DNA of 64,000 bases from Alphaproteobacteria bacterium (GCA_965205265.1 CBDBGH010000003.1:2592001-2656000), one strand, 5' to 3'. Positions 10,987-22,837 are shown, counted from the first letter of the stretch. Numbers and translations: made by a program. Notes: generated from the sequence alone by a model not told the origin.

Positions 10987-11239
10987 CAGCAGGAAGCTGC
11001 GCTCCGATTTCAAGGACCGAAAACTTATCGGCGGCGCGATCTACAAGGGCCATGGCGATGCCGGGCTGCTGACAGACAACGCCTGCGCCGGCGGCTGAAG
11101 CGCGGGCTTGGGCCGCCCAGCAGTAGGGCTGCGGCCGCACAGGACGTCGGCGCGCCGTCCGGAGAGGCGGCGAGAGCACGCAAATCGCGGCAAGAGAAGC
11201 GAATTGTTCGAAATAATTGAGTAATATTTCTCTATATGA

Positions 11240-11267
11240 CTTGCGTTTTCAGAAAGTGTGCTATAAT
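11240..11267 (+). promoter_or_regulatory. Putative sigma70 promoter with extended -10 (cassette A)
   Basis: TTGCGT (11241-46), N15, TATAAT (11262-67) preceded by TGc; AT-rich upstream. Confidence 0.6.
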
Positions 11268-11274
11268 GGGTTCG

Positions 11275-11470
11275 AGGGAGTGGAGTCCGCGCGGACCGCT
11301 TCCCGCCCGCGCCGGCCCGGTGCGGAACGACCCCGATTCAGCCGACAGGCGAAGTGCGCCCTGTGCCTGCCTCGCGCACGCGCAATCAGGCGCGCGAACC
11401 GCGCCGCCGCGAAACGTGCGCCCGCCCGCGCACAGGCGCCCGCGCAGGATACGCGCGGTAAAGGGTCGCT
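11275..11470 (+). other. Conserved structured leader / candidate ncRNA of cassette A
   Basis: Homologous to 23700-23905 (-): 33-nt identity at 11379-11411 vs 23764-23796 and 16-nt identity at 11430-11445 vs 23730-23745. Confidence 0.65.
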
Positions 11471-11525
11471 CCGATGCCGGGACGGGGCGCCTGATGAACG
11501 CGAGACGAACGAAGGAGCCGCACCC

Positions 11526-11960
11526 ATGCCCGTGCTCGACCCGACCCTCTCCCTCTCCTCGCGCCAGGAAGCCTTCCGCAACCACTATTATGAAAATACC
11601 AGAGTAAGCATGTCATTCCATGACACGCCGCAACAGCCCGCCCGTCCAGCCGGCGTCGTCCCCGACGGCGCGAAGCGTCGATCCGGGACCTCAGGCGGCC
11701 CGCCCGAAGATAACTACAACCCCGAACGATCCTCCCGCAAGCGGGCCGATGGCGAGCGCCCGAGCGAGGAGGAACGCGCCGAGGGCGCGGAAACCGACTG
11801 GCTCTACCAGCGCCGCAACAACTACACGGAACTCCACGACCCCTGGTCGCCGGAGAACATCGAACGCCGTCGCCGGGACAGCCTCAACCGGCTCGAAAGG
11901 GCCGGCCCCTTCAACCCGCCCCGAAACGCCGGTTCCGCCCCCGACCATGACATTTCATGA
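11526..11960 (+). CDS. Orphan hypothetical protein (144 aa) of cassette A, possibly degenerate
   Basis: GAAGGAG RBS before the ATG; MPVLDPTLSLSSRQEAFRNHYY...; stop lies within the CATGAC array. Confidence 0.5.
   Translation: MPVLDPTLSLSSRQEAFRNHYYENTRVSMSFHDTPQQPARPAGVVPDGAKRRSGTSGGPPEDNYNPERSSRKRADGERPSEEERAEGAETDWLYQRRNNYTELHDPWSPENIERRRRDSLNRLERAGPFNPPRNAGSAPDHDIS
11654..11693. repeat. REP-like palindrome inside the cassette A ORF
   Basis: cgtcgtccccgacggcgcgaagcgtcgatccgggacctc closely matches the reverse complement of 22953-22992. Confidence 0.7.
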
Positions 11961-11985
11961 CATTTCATGACATCCCATGACACTT
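11946..11985 (+). repeat. Four tandem 10-bp units, consensus CATGACATTT
   Basis: catgacattt catgacattt catgacatcc catgacactt; two more degenerate units at 11609-11626. Confidence 0.95.
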
Positions 11986-12037
11986 CGCCAGGGAGCCCGC
12001 CATGTGCCGGTCCATGAACCTCAGCACATACCCGCCC

Positions 12038-12925
12038 TCAATCCCGTCCGGCGATGCGGTCTGCCAGCGCCAGAGTGCGGCGGGCCTTTTCGACGATGGG
12101 GTAATCGACGAAATAGCCGTCCACCTGGATGGAGGCGGAGCCGGCGGCCTCGGCTTCGTCGAAGGCGGCGACGATGCGCCGTGCGCGTGTCGTCTCCTTC
12201 TCTGTCGGCGAGAAGGCGTCGTTGACCGGGCCCACCTGGCTCGGGTGGATGCAGAGCTTGCCCTGGAAGCCGAGCGCCAGCGCGCGCCGCGCCGAGGCCG
12301 CGAAGGCCTCCGTCTCGCGCAGTTCGATGAACACCGTATCGACTGGCGGCTCCAGCCCGCCCGCCCGCGACTCCATCACCATCGCCGCGCGCGCATGCGC
12401 CAGTTCCGCCTCGTCCAGAGACCAGCGCATCCCCACATCGAGCGTGTAGTCGCCGGCGCCGAAAGAGAGCCGCCGGAGCCGCGAGCGGCAGGCGGCGATC
12501 TCCTTCAGGTTGGACATGCCGAGGCCGGTCTCCACGATAGGCATGAGGTCGATGCTGCCGACCTCCAGCCCCGCCTTGCGCTCGAGCTGGGCGAGTGTCC
12601 AGTCGATGGTCTGGAGCATGGCCGCGCTTTCGAGTTTCGGCAGCACGATGCCGTCGAGCCACGGCCCGACGACCGCTTCCATGTCCCCGAAGCACCACTC
12701 GGTCTCGGCGGCGTTGACGCGCACGAAGCCCTTGCAGGGCCGCGGCCGCCTGAGCGCGGCGACGGCGTCGGCGCGGGCGGCCGGTTTCTCTGCGACCGCA
12801 ACCGCGTCCTCAAGGTCCAGGATCGCCGCGTCCGCGCCCGCCCGGAACACCTTCTTCGCCATGCGGGCATGGTTGGCCGGCGCGAACAGGAAGCTCCGCC
12901 AGGGTCCGGTCGAGGACAGGGCCAT
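12038..12925 (-). CDS. CitE-like (HpcH/HpaI aldolase/citrate lyase family) CoA-ester lyase
   Basis: RSFLFAPA, LDLEDAV, VRVN, GKLCIHPSQ. Confidence 0.92.
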   Translation of the reverse strand: MALSSTGPWRSFLFAPANHARMAKKVFRAGADAAILDLEDAVAVAEKPAARADAVAALRRPRPCKGFVRVNAAETEWCFGDMEAVVGPWLDGIVLPKLESAAMLQTIDWTLAQLERKAGLEVGSIDLMPIVETGLGMSNLKEIAACRSRLRRLSFGAGDYTLDVGMRWSLDEAELAHARAAMVMESRAGGLEPPVDTVFIELRETEAFAASARRALALGFQGKLCIHPSQVGPVNDAFSPTEKETTRARRIVAAFDEAEAAGSASIQVDGYFVDYPIVEKARRTLALADRIAGRD

Positions 12926-12934
12926 CTCGGCGCC

Positions 12935-13711
12935 TCACATCGCGGTCATGCCGCCGTCGATGGTCAGGTTCTTGCCGGTGATGTAGTTGGCCCCCGGCGC
13001 AAGCAGGAAGCAGACGCTGGGCGCCACGTCGCTGGTCTCGGCGTAGCGGCCGAGCGGTATGCGGGCCATGGTCTGGGCACCGAATTTCGGCCCCCGGATC
13101 ACTTCCGTCATCGGCGTGACGACCGTGCCGAACGCCACCGAATTCACGCAGATGCCGTAGCGCGCCCATTCCCGCGCCGCGCTCATGGTGATGCCGAGCA
13201 CGCCGGCCTTGGCGGCGCCGTAATTGATCTGGCCGATGGTGCCGGCCGTGCCTGCGATGGAGGACACATTGACGATCTGGCCGGGGCAGACGCCGAACTC
13301 GCCGGTCTCGGACTGTTTGATCATCTGCCTGCCGACCGACTGCAAGACCAGATAGACGGCCGTCAGGTTCACATTGATGACCTCGTCCCAGTATTCGCGG
13401 CTCATCTTGTGGATCATGGCGGCGCGGACGATACCGGCATTGTTGACGAGCCCGGTGATCGAACCCCACTCGCCGACCATCGCCTCGACGATGCCGTCCG
13501 CAAGGCCCTGGTCGGTGACCGAGCCGTGGAAGCCCATCGCCTTGTCGTCTCCGAGTTCGGCGACGAGGCTGTCTATGCCTTCCTTGTTGAGATCGACGAC
13601 GGCGGCGCGGCCGCCCATGGAGACGACGGTGCGCGCGACCTCGCGGCCGACGCCCTGCGCGGCGCCCGTGACCAGGACATTGCGGCCTTCGAGACTGAAG
13701 GGATTGCTCAT
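12935..13711 (-). CDS. Short-chain dehydrogenase/reductase (FabG-like)
   Basis: TGAAQGVG, NNAG, YGAAK. Confidence 0.93.
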   Translation of the reverse strand: MSNPFSLEGRNVLVTGAAQGVGREVARTVVSMGGRAAVVDLNKEGIDSLVAELGDDKAMGFHGSVTDQGLADGIVEAMVGEWGSITGLVNNAGIVRAAMIHKMSREYWDEVINVNLTAVYLVLQSVGRQMIKQSETGEFGVCPGQIVNVSSIAGTAGTIGQINYGAAKAGVLGITMSAAREWARYGICVNSVAFGTVVTPMTEVIRGPKFGAQTMARIPLGRYAETSDVAPSVCFLLAPGANYITGKNLTIDGGMTAM

Positions 13712-13788
13712 TTCGGCGTTTCCTTATGCATTCGGGTTCCGTTACCGTAGCCGCAACTGCGCCGGCGGCAAGCGGGAGAAAGGGACGC

Positions 13789-14847
13789 ATGACGGAGAAT
13801 CCGCGTTGGACGAGGCGGCCCGACGGGTCCACCTGGGGCGATTGGGGCCCAGACGACCAGCTCGGCCGGCTGAACCTGCTGACACCCGAACGGGTGCTGA
13901 CCGCGCGCGAGGAAATCCGCCTGGGCGAAGTCTATTGCCTGTCCCTGCCGCTGGACTATCCGGGCCGCAATGTGCTCAATCCCCGTCGTCATCCGCCCGT
14001 ACTGGAGCCGACCCGGGGACCGGACGGCGCGCCGCGCTACAACTTTCCGCTCCAGATCGAAGACCCCCGCCATATCGATGTCGGCTGCGACGACCGGGTG
14101 CAGATGACGCTGCAATATTCCTCGCAGTGGGACGCCTTCTGCCACATGGGGCAGATGTTCGATGCGGACGGCGACGGCATCCCGGAAATCCGCTTCTACA
14201 ACGGCTTCAGGGGCGGCGAGGACATTATCGGTCCGGTGGACTACAACGCCGACGGCTCGCAGACGCCCCGCCCGGAAGCGATGGGCGCGCGCAAGCTCGG
14301 CATCGAAACCTTCGCCGAAAAGGGGATTGTGGGGCGCGGCGTGATGATCGACCTGGAGCGCTTCTTCGGGCGCGAGGGGCGCCATCTCGTCACATATGAA
14401 GAGCTGATGCGCGTGCTGGAGGAGACCGGCGCGACGGTCGAGGAAGGCGATCTCGCCTTCTTCTACACGGGCTTCGCCGACCTGCTGCTGGAGATGGAGA
14501 AGGAGCCGGACGGCCCCCGCCTCGCCAATAGCTGCGCTGCGCTCGACGGGCGCGACGACCGGCTGCTGCAATGGGTCACGGACTCGGGCGTCGCCGCGCT
14601 CTTCGCCGACAACTACGCCGTCGAGCAGTCGCCCGCCCGGCCCATGCCGGGAGAGCGCTACGCCAACTCGCCGCTGCACCAGCACTGCCTGTTCAAGCTC
14701 GGCGTGCCGCTGGGCGAACTCTGGTATCTGGGCGACCTCGCCCGGCGGCTCCGGGAGCTCGGCCGGACACGCTTCTTCACCACCTGCCAGCCGCTCCGCC
14801 TGCCGGGCGCGGTCGGCTCCCCCGCCAATCCCGTCGGCATCGTCTGA
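13789..14847 (+). CDS. Cyclase family (kynurenine formamidase-like) metal-dependent hydrolase
   Basis: WGDWGPDDQLGRLN, SSQWDAFCH, LGELW, GAVGSPANP. Confidence 0.88.
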   Translation: MTENPRWTRRPDGSTWGDWGPDDQLGRLNLLTPERVLTAREEIRLGEVYCLSLPLDYPGRNVLNPRRHPPVLEPTRGPDGAPRYNFPLQIEDPRHIDVGCDDRVQMTLQYSSQWDAFCHMGQMFDADGDGIPEIRFYNGFRGGEDIIGPVDYNADGSQTPRPEAMGARKLGIETFAEKGIVGRGVMIDLERFFGREGRHLVTYEELMRVLEETGATVEEGDLAFFYTGFADLLLEMEKEPDGPRLANSCAALDGRDDRLLQWVTDSGVAALFADNYAVEQSPARPMPGERYANSPLHQHCLFKLGVPLGELWYLGDLARRLRELGRTRFFTTCQPLRLPGAVGSPANPVGIV

Positions 14848-14876
14848 CCCGCCAACCAGGAAAGCGACCGCATCCC

Positions 14877-15281
14877 ATGGCCATCACCAAGGGCATCGAC
14901 CGGCTCCTCGCCGCCGCCCGCGCGAAGATCGAGGAAATCCCCGCCGCAGACGCGCTGGCGCTCCGGGACGACGATTCCGTGCAGATCGTCGATATCCGCG
15001 ATGTGCGCGAACTCGACCGCGACGGCATGATCCCGGGCGCGCTGCATGCGCCGCGCGGCATGCTGGAATTCTGGGTCGATCCGGCAAGCCCCTATCACCG
15101 CGATGTGTTCGCAAGCGGCAAGAAGTTCGTCTTCTACTGCGCGAGCGGCTGGCGTTCGGCTCTGGCAACGGAGACGCTGCAGGACATGGGCCTGGAACCC
15201 GTCGCCCATATCGAAGGCGGTTTCACGGCCTGGAAAGAGGCCGGCGGCCCGGTCGCCGAACGGCCGCGCAAGGGCGGATAG
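14877..15281 (+). CDS. Rhodanese-like domain protein
   Basis: VDIRD..E, PRGMLEFW, YCASGWRS, IEGGFTAW. Confidence 0.9.
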   Translation: MAITKGIDRLLAAARAKIEEIPAADALALRDDDSVQIVDIRDVRELDRDGMIPGALHAPRGMLEFWVDPASPYHRDVFASGKKFVFYCASGWRSALATETLQDMGLEPVAHIEGGFTAWKEAGGPVAERPRKGG

Positions 15282-15309
15282 GCGGCGCTCCCGACATATT
15301 GCCTTCTTC

Positions 15310-15325
15310 CGGCACGCAGTTTGCT
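15310..15325 (+). promoter_or_regulatory. Sigma54 (-24/-12) promoter upstream of amtB
   Basis: cGGCACgcagtTTGCt matches TGGCAC-N5-TTGC; context is nitrogen-regulated genes. Confidence 0.75.
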
Positions 15326-15371
15326 TCTTACTAGGGGAACGGTCGTCCTCTGCAGGAGTTCGGAAGCGGCA

Positions 15372-17034
<1,663 letters not shown>

Positions 17035-17164
17035 CGGAGACATTGCGTCCCTGAAGCAGTTCGGGCGGCGCTGTCAGTTTGGTAGCGCCGCTTGCGCTTG
17101 CCGACCGCGACACCTGGCGGGTAGCCTTCGCCCTCCCGGCCCGCAAACAAAGGAAGCCGCGCCC

Positions 17165-18250
17165 ATGACGACGGTCCGAGCCATGACCTTCGGCGTGCAG
17201 ACCGCGCCCTCCACCGATGTCCGCAAGTCCGACAAGATGCTCTATGACGAGGTGATCGAAGACGTGAAGCTCGCCGCGGCGCTCGGCTACGAATCGGTCT
17301 GGATGCTGGAGCACCATTTCTCGGACTACTACCCGACGCCGAGCCCACTGCTCTTCATGGCGCATGTCGCCGCGCTTTGTCCGGATATCGGGCTCGGCAC
17401 CTCGGTGCTGGTGCTGCCCTGGTACCATCCGGTGCGCATCGCCGAAGAGGTCGCGATGCTGAACTCGCTGACGCGCGGCACCCTGCATCTGGGCCTCGGG
17501 CGCGGCACCGCGAAATCCGAATACGACGCCTATGGTGTGTCCATGCCGGAGGCGCGCGGCCGGTTCGCAGAGTCGCTGGACATCATCCGCAAGGGCCTCT
17601 CGGGGCAGGAATTCACCCATGACGGGACCTACTACAAGGTGCCGCGCCCGGTCCGCCTGCGCCCGGAGCCGGTGGACAAGCCGGTCAGGTTCTACGGCGC
17701 CATCGGCAGCCCGCAAAGCGCCGGCGTGATGGCCGGGCTCGAACTGCCACCGCTTTGCCTCTCCACCTTCCCGGCGCGGCTGCTGGAGCGGATCCTGGCG
17801 ACCTGGGACGAGAGCGCGCCCGCAAGCGCGGACCGGACCAAGGCCATCTCGATCAAGATGCTGATCGCCGACAGCGACGAGGAGGCGCTCAAGCTCGCGC
17901 GGCGTTATTTCCCGCCTTATTTCTCGATCCAGGCGGACCACTACGAGGCGGACGCGAACCCCTGGGAGAATATCGAGGAATACCAGCAGTTCTCCCGCAT
18001 GTTCGCCAATCTGCGCAAGATGGCGGACCCGGACGAGCTCGGCCCCTATTGCGAGATGAACCTTGTCGGCTCGCCGGAGACCGCCGTGGAGCGCCTCAAG
18101 GGCTATGCCGCGCTCGGTTTCGACTATGCGCTGGTTTCCGCCGCCACGCCCGGCATGCCCAAGGACCTGCAGCGCGAGGTCATGGCCCGCTTCGCCCGCG
18201 AAGTCGCCCCGCACTTCTCGCCGGCGTTCCGGGCGGAGGCGGCGGAGTAG
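17165..18250 (+). CDS. LLM class flavin-dependent oxidoreductase
   Basis: WMLEHHFS, HPVRIAEE, GLGRG. Confidence 0.9.
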   Translation: MTTVRAMTFGVQTAPSTDVRKSDKMLYDEVIEDVKLAAALGYESVWMLEHHFSDYYPTPSPLLFMAHVAALCPDIGLGTSVLVLPWYHPVRIAEEVAMLNSLTRGTLHLGLGRGTAKSEYDAYGVSMPEARGRFAESLDIIRKGLSGQEFTHDGTYYKVPRPVRLRPEPVDKPVRFYGAIGSPQSAGVMAGLELPPLCLSTFPARLLERILATWDESAPASADRTKAISIKMLIADSDEEALKLARRYFPPYFSIQADHYEADANPWENIEEYQQFSRMFANLRKMADPDELGPYCEMNLVGSPETAVERLKGYAALGFDYALVSAATPGMPKDLQREVMARFAREVAPHFSPAFRAEAAE

Positions 18251-18424
18251 CGCCGCGAAGCGGCCTCGGTGACGAGCGTCGGAGCGCGGCCCGATCCGGC
18301 TGCGTTTCGGCAGTCGGAACCGCCAACGATCCCGGCATCCCGATCCGTCACGACTCCTGATGACATAGCGGCGCGTCTCCGTGAATATAGGCGTCGATTG
18401 CCCGAACAGCGAACCGGAGGCGCC

Positions 18425-19408
18425 ATGACCCTCAATGCCGAGCTCAGCCGCAGGATCTACACGGACATGTGGCGAATCCGCCTCTTCGAGGAAGAAGCGC
18501 TGCGCCAGACCAGCCTCGGCTCCGTCAAGGGCACGCTCCACACCTATTGCGGCGAGGAGGCCATCGCGGTCGCGGTCTGCGCGCATCTGCGCGACGACGA
18601 CTATGTACTGGGAACCCACCGCAGCCACGGGCACTGCCTCGCCAAGGGCGCGCCGATGGACCGCATGATGGCGGAGCTGTTCGGGCGCGCGACCGGGAGC
18701 TGCCGCGCCAAGGGCGGTTCCATGCACATCGCCGACTTCTCGCGCAACATACTGGGCGCGAACGGTATCGTCGCCGGCGGCATCGGCCCCGGCACCGGCA
18801 CGGCGCTTGCGAGCAAAATCCGCAAGAGCGACCAGGTGTCGGTCGTCTTCTTCGGCGACGGGGCGGCGGCGCGCGGGCCCTTCCATGAGGGCCTCCTGTT
18901 CGGCTCGCTCTGGAAGCTGCCGGTCATCTATGTCTGCGAGAACAACGGTTACCAGCAATGGGTGCCCCGGAAGAATGTGGCGGTGGTGGACTCGGTGGCC
19001 GACATGGCGGCCTCCTACGCCATCCCCGGCGTCTCGGTGGACGGGCAGAACCTGGAGGCGGTCTATGAGGCCGCCGGCGAGGCCGTCGCCCGCGCCCGCA
19101 ATGGCGAGGGCCCGACCTTGATCGAGGCCCGCACATACCGTTTTTACGGCCACAGCCTGGGCGACATGGAGGAATACCGCTCGCGCGAGGAAGTCGATGA
19201 CTGGCGCGAGAACCGCGACCCGATCAAGCTGTTCAGCGCGTGGATGAAGGAGCGCCAGTGGCTGGGCGACGATGAGGACGAGGCCATCCAGGGCGAGGTT
19301 GCGGCGGAGGTCTCGCGGTCCGTGGCGTATGCCGAGGAAAGCCCGTTGCCGGAGCCGGAGGACGTGCTGACCGACGTGCTGGATACGGAATGGAGGGTTT
19401 CGGCATGA
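18425..19408 (+). CDS. TPP-dependent dehydrogenase E1 alpha (acetoin/2-oxoacid dehydrogenase-like)
   Basis: THRSHGH, GGSMH, FFGDG...ENN, TYRFYGHS. Confidence 0.93.
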   Translation: MTLNAELSRRIYTDMWRIRLFEEEALRQTSLGSVKGTLHTYCGEEAIAVAVCAHLRDDDYVLGTHRSHGHCLAKGAPMDRMMAELFGRATGSCRAKGGSMHIADFSRNILGANGIVAGGIGPGTGTALASKIRKSDQVSVVFFGDGAAARGPFHEGLLFGSLWKLPVIYVCENNGYQQWVPRKNVAVVDSVADMAASYAIPGVSVDGQNLEAVYEAAGEAVARARNGEGPTLIEARTYRFYGHSLGDMEEYRSREEVDDWRENRDPIKLFSAWMKERQWLGDDEDEAIQGEVAAEVSRSVAYAEESPLPEPEDVLTDVLDTEWRVSA

Positions 19409-20376
19409 GGACCATCGCGCTCCGCGATGCGCTCCGGGAAGCGCTGCATGAGGAAATGGCCCGCGACGAGAGCGTCTTCGTCATCGGCGAGGACGTGATC
19501 GCCCATGGCGGCCCCTATACCGTCACCCAGGGCATTGTGGACAAGTGGCCGGACCGCATTTTCGAGACGCCGATTGCGGAGGCGGGCATTGTCGGCCTCG
19601 GCGTGGGCGCGGCGCTGGCCGGCATGCGCCCGGTGGTCGAGATCATGTATGTCGATTTCATCACCTGCGCGATGGACGAGGTCGTCAACCAGGCCGCCAA
19701 GATGCGCTACATGACCGGCGGCCAGGCGAGCGTGCCCATCGTCATCCGCCTGCCCTGCGGCCCCGCCCGGCTGGTCGCGGCCCAGCATTCGCAGATCATG
19801 GAATCCTGGTTCATGCATGTGCCGGGCCTCCAGGTGGCGGCGCCGAGCACGCCCTATGACGCAAAGGGCCTGATGAAGACCGCGATCCGCAGCCCCGACC
19901 CCGTGGCGTTCTTCGAATACAAGGCGCTCTATGTGAGCGAGGGCGAGGTGCCGGAAGACGACTATGTCATCCCCTTCGGCAAGGCCGACATCAAGCGCGA
20001 GGGCGAGGACGCGACCGTGGTCGCCATCGGCGGCATGGTGCCGCGCGCGCTGGAGGCCGGCATTGCGCTCGAGGACGAGGGCTACGACATCGAGGTGGTG
20101 GACCCGAGGACGCTCGCCCCGCTCGACATGGAGACGATCCGCGAGTCCGTGCGCCGCACGGGCCGCGCCGTGGTTTGCGAGATGGATTCCTCCTTCGCCG
20201 GCACCGGCGCGGAGATCGCGGCTGCGCTCGCCGAGCAGTGCTTTCACGACCTGCGCGCGCCCATTGTGCGGGTCGGCAGCCCGCATGTGCCGATGCCCTT
20301 CGCCGAGGAGCTGGTCAACGTCACGGTTCCCGATGCCGGGGACGTCTCGGATGCCGTGCGCAGGGTCATGGCCTGA
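19405..20376 (+). CDS. Dehydrogenase E1 beta subunit
   Basis: IGEDV, TPIAEAGI, VNQAAK, AAQHSQ. Confidence 0.93.
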   Translation: MRTIALRDALREALHEEMARDESVFVIGEDVIAHGGPYTVTQGIVDKWPDRIFETPIAEAGIVGLGVGAALAGMRPVVEIMYVDFITCAMDEVVNQAAKMRYMTGGQASVPIVIRLPCGPARLVAAQHSQIMESWFMHVPGLQVAAPSTPYDAKGLMKTAIRSPDPVAFFEYKALYVSEGEVPEDDYVIPFGKADIKREGEDATVVAIGGMVPRALEAGIALEDEGYDIEVVDPRTLAPLDMETIRESVRRTGRAVVCEMDSSFAGTGAEIAAALAEQCFHDLRAPIVRVGSPHVPMPFAEELVNVTVPDAGDVSDAVRRVMA

Positions 20377-21545
20377 TGGCGGTCCGCCTCAGGCTCGCCG
20401 CGCTCGGCCACACCATGGAGCGCGGCAGGATCGTGGAATGGTATGCGGCGGAAGGCGCGCCGGTCGAACAGGGCGCGCCGCTCTACTCCGTCGAGACCGA
20501 CAAGGCGACCGTCGATGTCGAGGCGCCGGCCGGCGGCGTGCTGTTGCGCATCGACGCGGAGGCGGACCGGGAATATCCGGTGGGCGCAACGCTCGCCTGG
20601 ATCGGCGAGAGCGGCGAGGACCTGCCGGACAGGACGGACGAGACCGCGGCCGCGCCGGCGGCCGTGTCGGACGAACAGCGCGTCACGCCCGTCGCCCGGC
20701 GCCTCGCGGAACGCCATGGCGTGGACGCCGACCGGCTGGAAGGCACCGGCCCCGGCGGGCGCGTCACCAAGGAGGACGTGCAGCGCGCCGTCGCCTCGGG
20801 CACGGCCCCGCCGCTGGAAGAGAAGCCGTCGGGCGAGCCCGCGCATGACGTGATTGCGCTGGAAGGCATCCGCCGGGTCACGGCCGAGCGCCTCAGCGCG
20901 CACTGGACCGGCACGCCGCAGGTGACCGAGGGCCTCGATATCGACATGACCGCCATGCGCGCCTTCCGCAACGCCAACCGCAGCGAATGGCGCGCGGCCT
21001 ACGGCATCGTGCCGGCGCTGAACGACATCGTGCTCAAGGCCGCCGCGGCTGCGCTGGAAGCCAACCCGGCGCTCAACGCAGCCTTCGTGGACGGGGCGAT
21101 CCATCGCTACCGGGAGATCAATCTCGGCATGGCCGTGGATGTCGAGGACGGGCTCGTCGTGCCTGTGCTGCGCGATGCCGGCAGGCTCGACCTCGGCGGC
21201 ATCGCCTATGCCGCCGCCGACCTGACCGCCCGCGCGCGGTCCCGCAAGCTCGCGCCTGCGGATTTCGAGGGCGCCACCTTCACGGTCACAAATCTGGCCG
21301 CGCTCGGCGTGGACTGGTTCACGCCGGTGCTCAACCCGCCGCAATGCGCCATCCTCGGCGTCGGCCGGATGCGGCGCATGCCGGCCGTCGCCGGCAACGA
21401 GGTCGCGATCCGCGACATCGCCACCTTCGTCGTCACCTTCGACCACCGGGCCCTCGACGGCGCCCCGGCCGGGCGTTTCCTCTCCAGGCTGAAGCGCCTG
21501 CTCGAATCGCCCGACCCGGCGCTGTTCGCGGGCGCGGGCGGGTAG
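20376..21545 (+). CDS. Dihydrolipoamide acyltransferase E2
   Basis: Lipoyl ETDKA, E3-binding GTGPGGRVTKEDV, catalytic DHRALDG. Confidence 0.93.
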   Translation: MAVRLRLAALGHTMERGRIVEWYAAEGAPVEQGAPLYSVETDKATVDVEAPAGGVLLRIDAEADREYPVGATLAWIGESGEDLPDRTDETAAAPAAVSDEQRVTPVARRLAERHGVDADRLEGTGPGGRVTKEDVQRAVASGTAPPLEEKPSGEPAHDVIALEGIRRVTAERLSAHWTGTPQVTEGLDIDMTAMRAFRNANRSEWRAAYGIVPALNDIVLKAAAAALEANPALNAAFVDGAIHRYREINLGMAVDVEDGLVVPVLRDAGRLDLGGIAYAAADLTARARSRKLAPADFEGATFTVTNLAALGVDWFTPVLNPPQCAILGVGRMRRMPAVAGNEVAIRDIATFVVTFDHRALDGAPAGRFLSRLKRLLESPDPALFAGAGG

Positions 21546-21569
21546 GCCGGCCGGGCCTCGCGCTGAGCC

Positions 21570-22601
21570 ATGCGGACCACGCAGCTGATCCATGTCGTCG
21601 GCTGCCATGCCGAGGGCGAGGTGGGGGATGTGATCGTGGGCGGGGTCGCGCCGCCGCCGGGAGCGACGCTCTGGGAGCAGAGCCGCTTCATCGCCGGGGA
21701 CGGCCGGCTGCGCGATGTGGTGCTGAACGAGCCGCGCGGCGGCGTCTTCCGCCATGTCAACCTGCTCGTGCCGCCGAAGGACCCGGCCGCGGCGATGGGC
21801 TTCATCATCATGGAGCCGGAGGACACCCCGCCTATGTCCGGCTCCAACGCGATGTGCGTCGCGACCGTTCTGCTGGAGACCGGCATCGTGGCGATGGAGG
21901 AGCCGGAAACCCGTTTCCTGCTGGAGGCGCCGGGCGGCCCGGTCGAGGTCATCGCCGCCTGCCGGGACGGCAAGGCCGAGCGGGTGCGCATCCGCAATGT
22001 CCCCTCCTTCGCCGACCGGCTCGACGCGCCGCTCGAGGTCGAGGGCATGGGCACGCTGCGGGCCGATACCGCCTATGGCGGCGACAGCTACGCCATCGTG
22101 GACGCGGCCGCGCTCGGCTTCTCGCTCCGCCCCGACGAGGCGCGCGACCTCGCCGTCGCCGGCATGCGCATCGTCAGCGCCGCGAACGAGCAGATCGGCT
22201 TCCGCCATCCCGAGCAGGCGGACTGGGCGCATCTCTCCTTCTGCCAGTTCGCCGCCCCGCTCGAATATCGCGGCGGCGTCCCTCACGGCCGCAATGCGGT
22301 CGCCATCCGCCCCGGCAAGATCGACCGCTCGCCCTGCGGCACCGGCTGCTCGGCCCGGCTGGCCGTGCTGCACGCGAAGGGCGTTCTCCGCGTGGGCGAC
22401 AGCTTTGTGGGCGTCTCGCCGATCGACTCCCGCTTCGACTGCCGGATCGAGGGCGAGACCGCGGTGGGCGGCCGCCCGGCCATCCTGCCCTCGCTCGCCG
22501 GGCGGGCCTGGATCACCGGCACGCGCCAGGTCATGGTCGATCCCGACGACCCCTGGCCGCGCGGCTACCGCCTCGCCGACACCTGGCCCGACGACCGCTG
22601 A
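21570..22601 (+). CDS. Proline racemase family protein, Ser/Cys variant (hydroxyproline dehydratase/epimerase-like)
   Basis: HAEGE, NEPRG, MSGSN in place of [12 protein letters not shown]. Confidence 0.9.
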   Translation: MRTTQLIHVVGCHAEGEVGDVIVGGVAPPPGATLWEQSRFIAGDGRLRDVVLNEPRGGVFRHVNLLVPPKDPAAAMGFIIMEPEDTPPMSGSNAMCVATVLLETGIVAMEEPETRFLLEAPGGPVEVIAACRDGKAERVRIRNVPSFADRLDAPLEVEGMGTLRADTAYGGDSYAIVDAAALGFSLRPDEARDLAVAGMRIVSAANEQIGFRHPEQADWAHLSFCQFAAPLEYRGGVPHGRNAVAIRPGKIDRSPCGTGCSARLAVLHAKGVLRVGDSFVGVSPIDSRFDCRIEGETAVGGRPAILPSLAGRAWITGTRQVMVDPDDPWPRGYRLADTWPDDR

Positions 22602-22647
22602 ACAGGGCGGCAGGCCCGCGATCCCGCCGCACCGCGCCTTCCCGGCC

Positions 22648-22710
22648 GATGTCATGAGATGTCATGAGGCGCCGTGAGCCTTCCCCGCGATGTGTCATGA
22701 AATGTCATGA
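22648..22710 (-). repeat. Two pairs of 10-bp CATGACAT-type repeats (cassette B end)
   Basis: gatgtcatga gatgtcatga (22648-67) and tgtgtcatga aatgtcatga (22691-710), the reverse complement of the cassette A unit. Confidence 0.92.
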
Positions 22711-22837
22711 TCTGCATGCCCGGAGTTCATATGCCGTAGCCGTTTCAGGCATGAAGCCGTCCACGCATTGACCTCCTTCCCGGCCTGTGGGCGAAGCCCG
22801 GCAAAGGCCCGTCGCGCTGAAAGACGGCCTCCCGTCC

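Noticed and set aside
11217-11525. N-terminal extension of ORF A to 11217 (and of ORF B to 23962) as called in the track
   Set aside because: These segments span the promoter and leader; strong RBSs support starts at 11526 and 23680
11946-11985. CRISPR array
   Set aside because: 10-bp tandem units with no spacers and no cas genes
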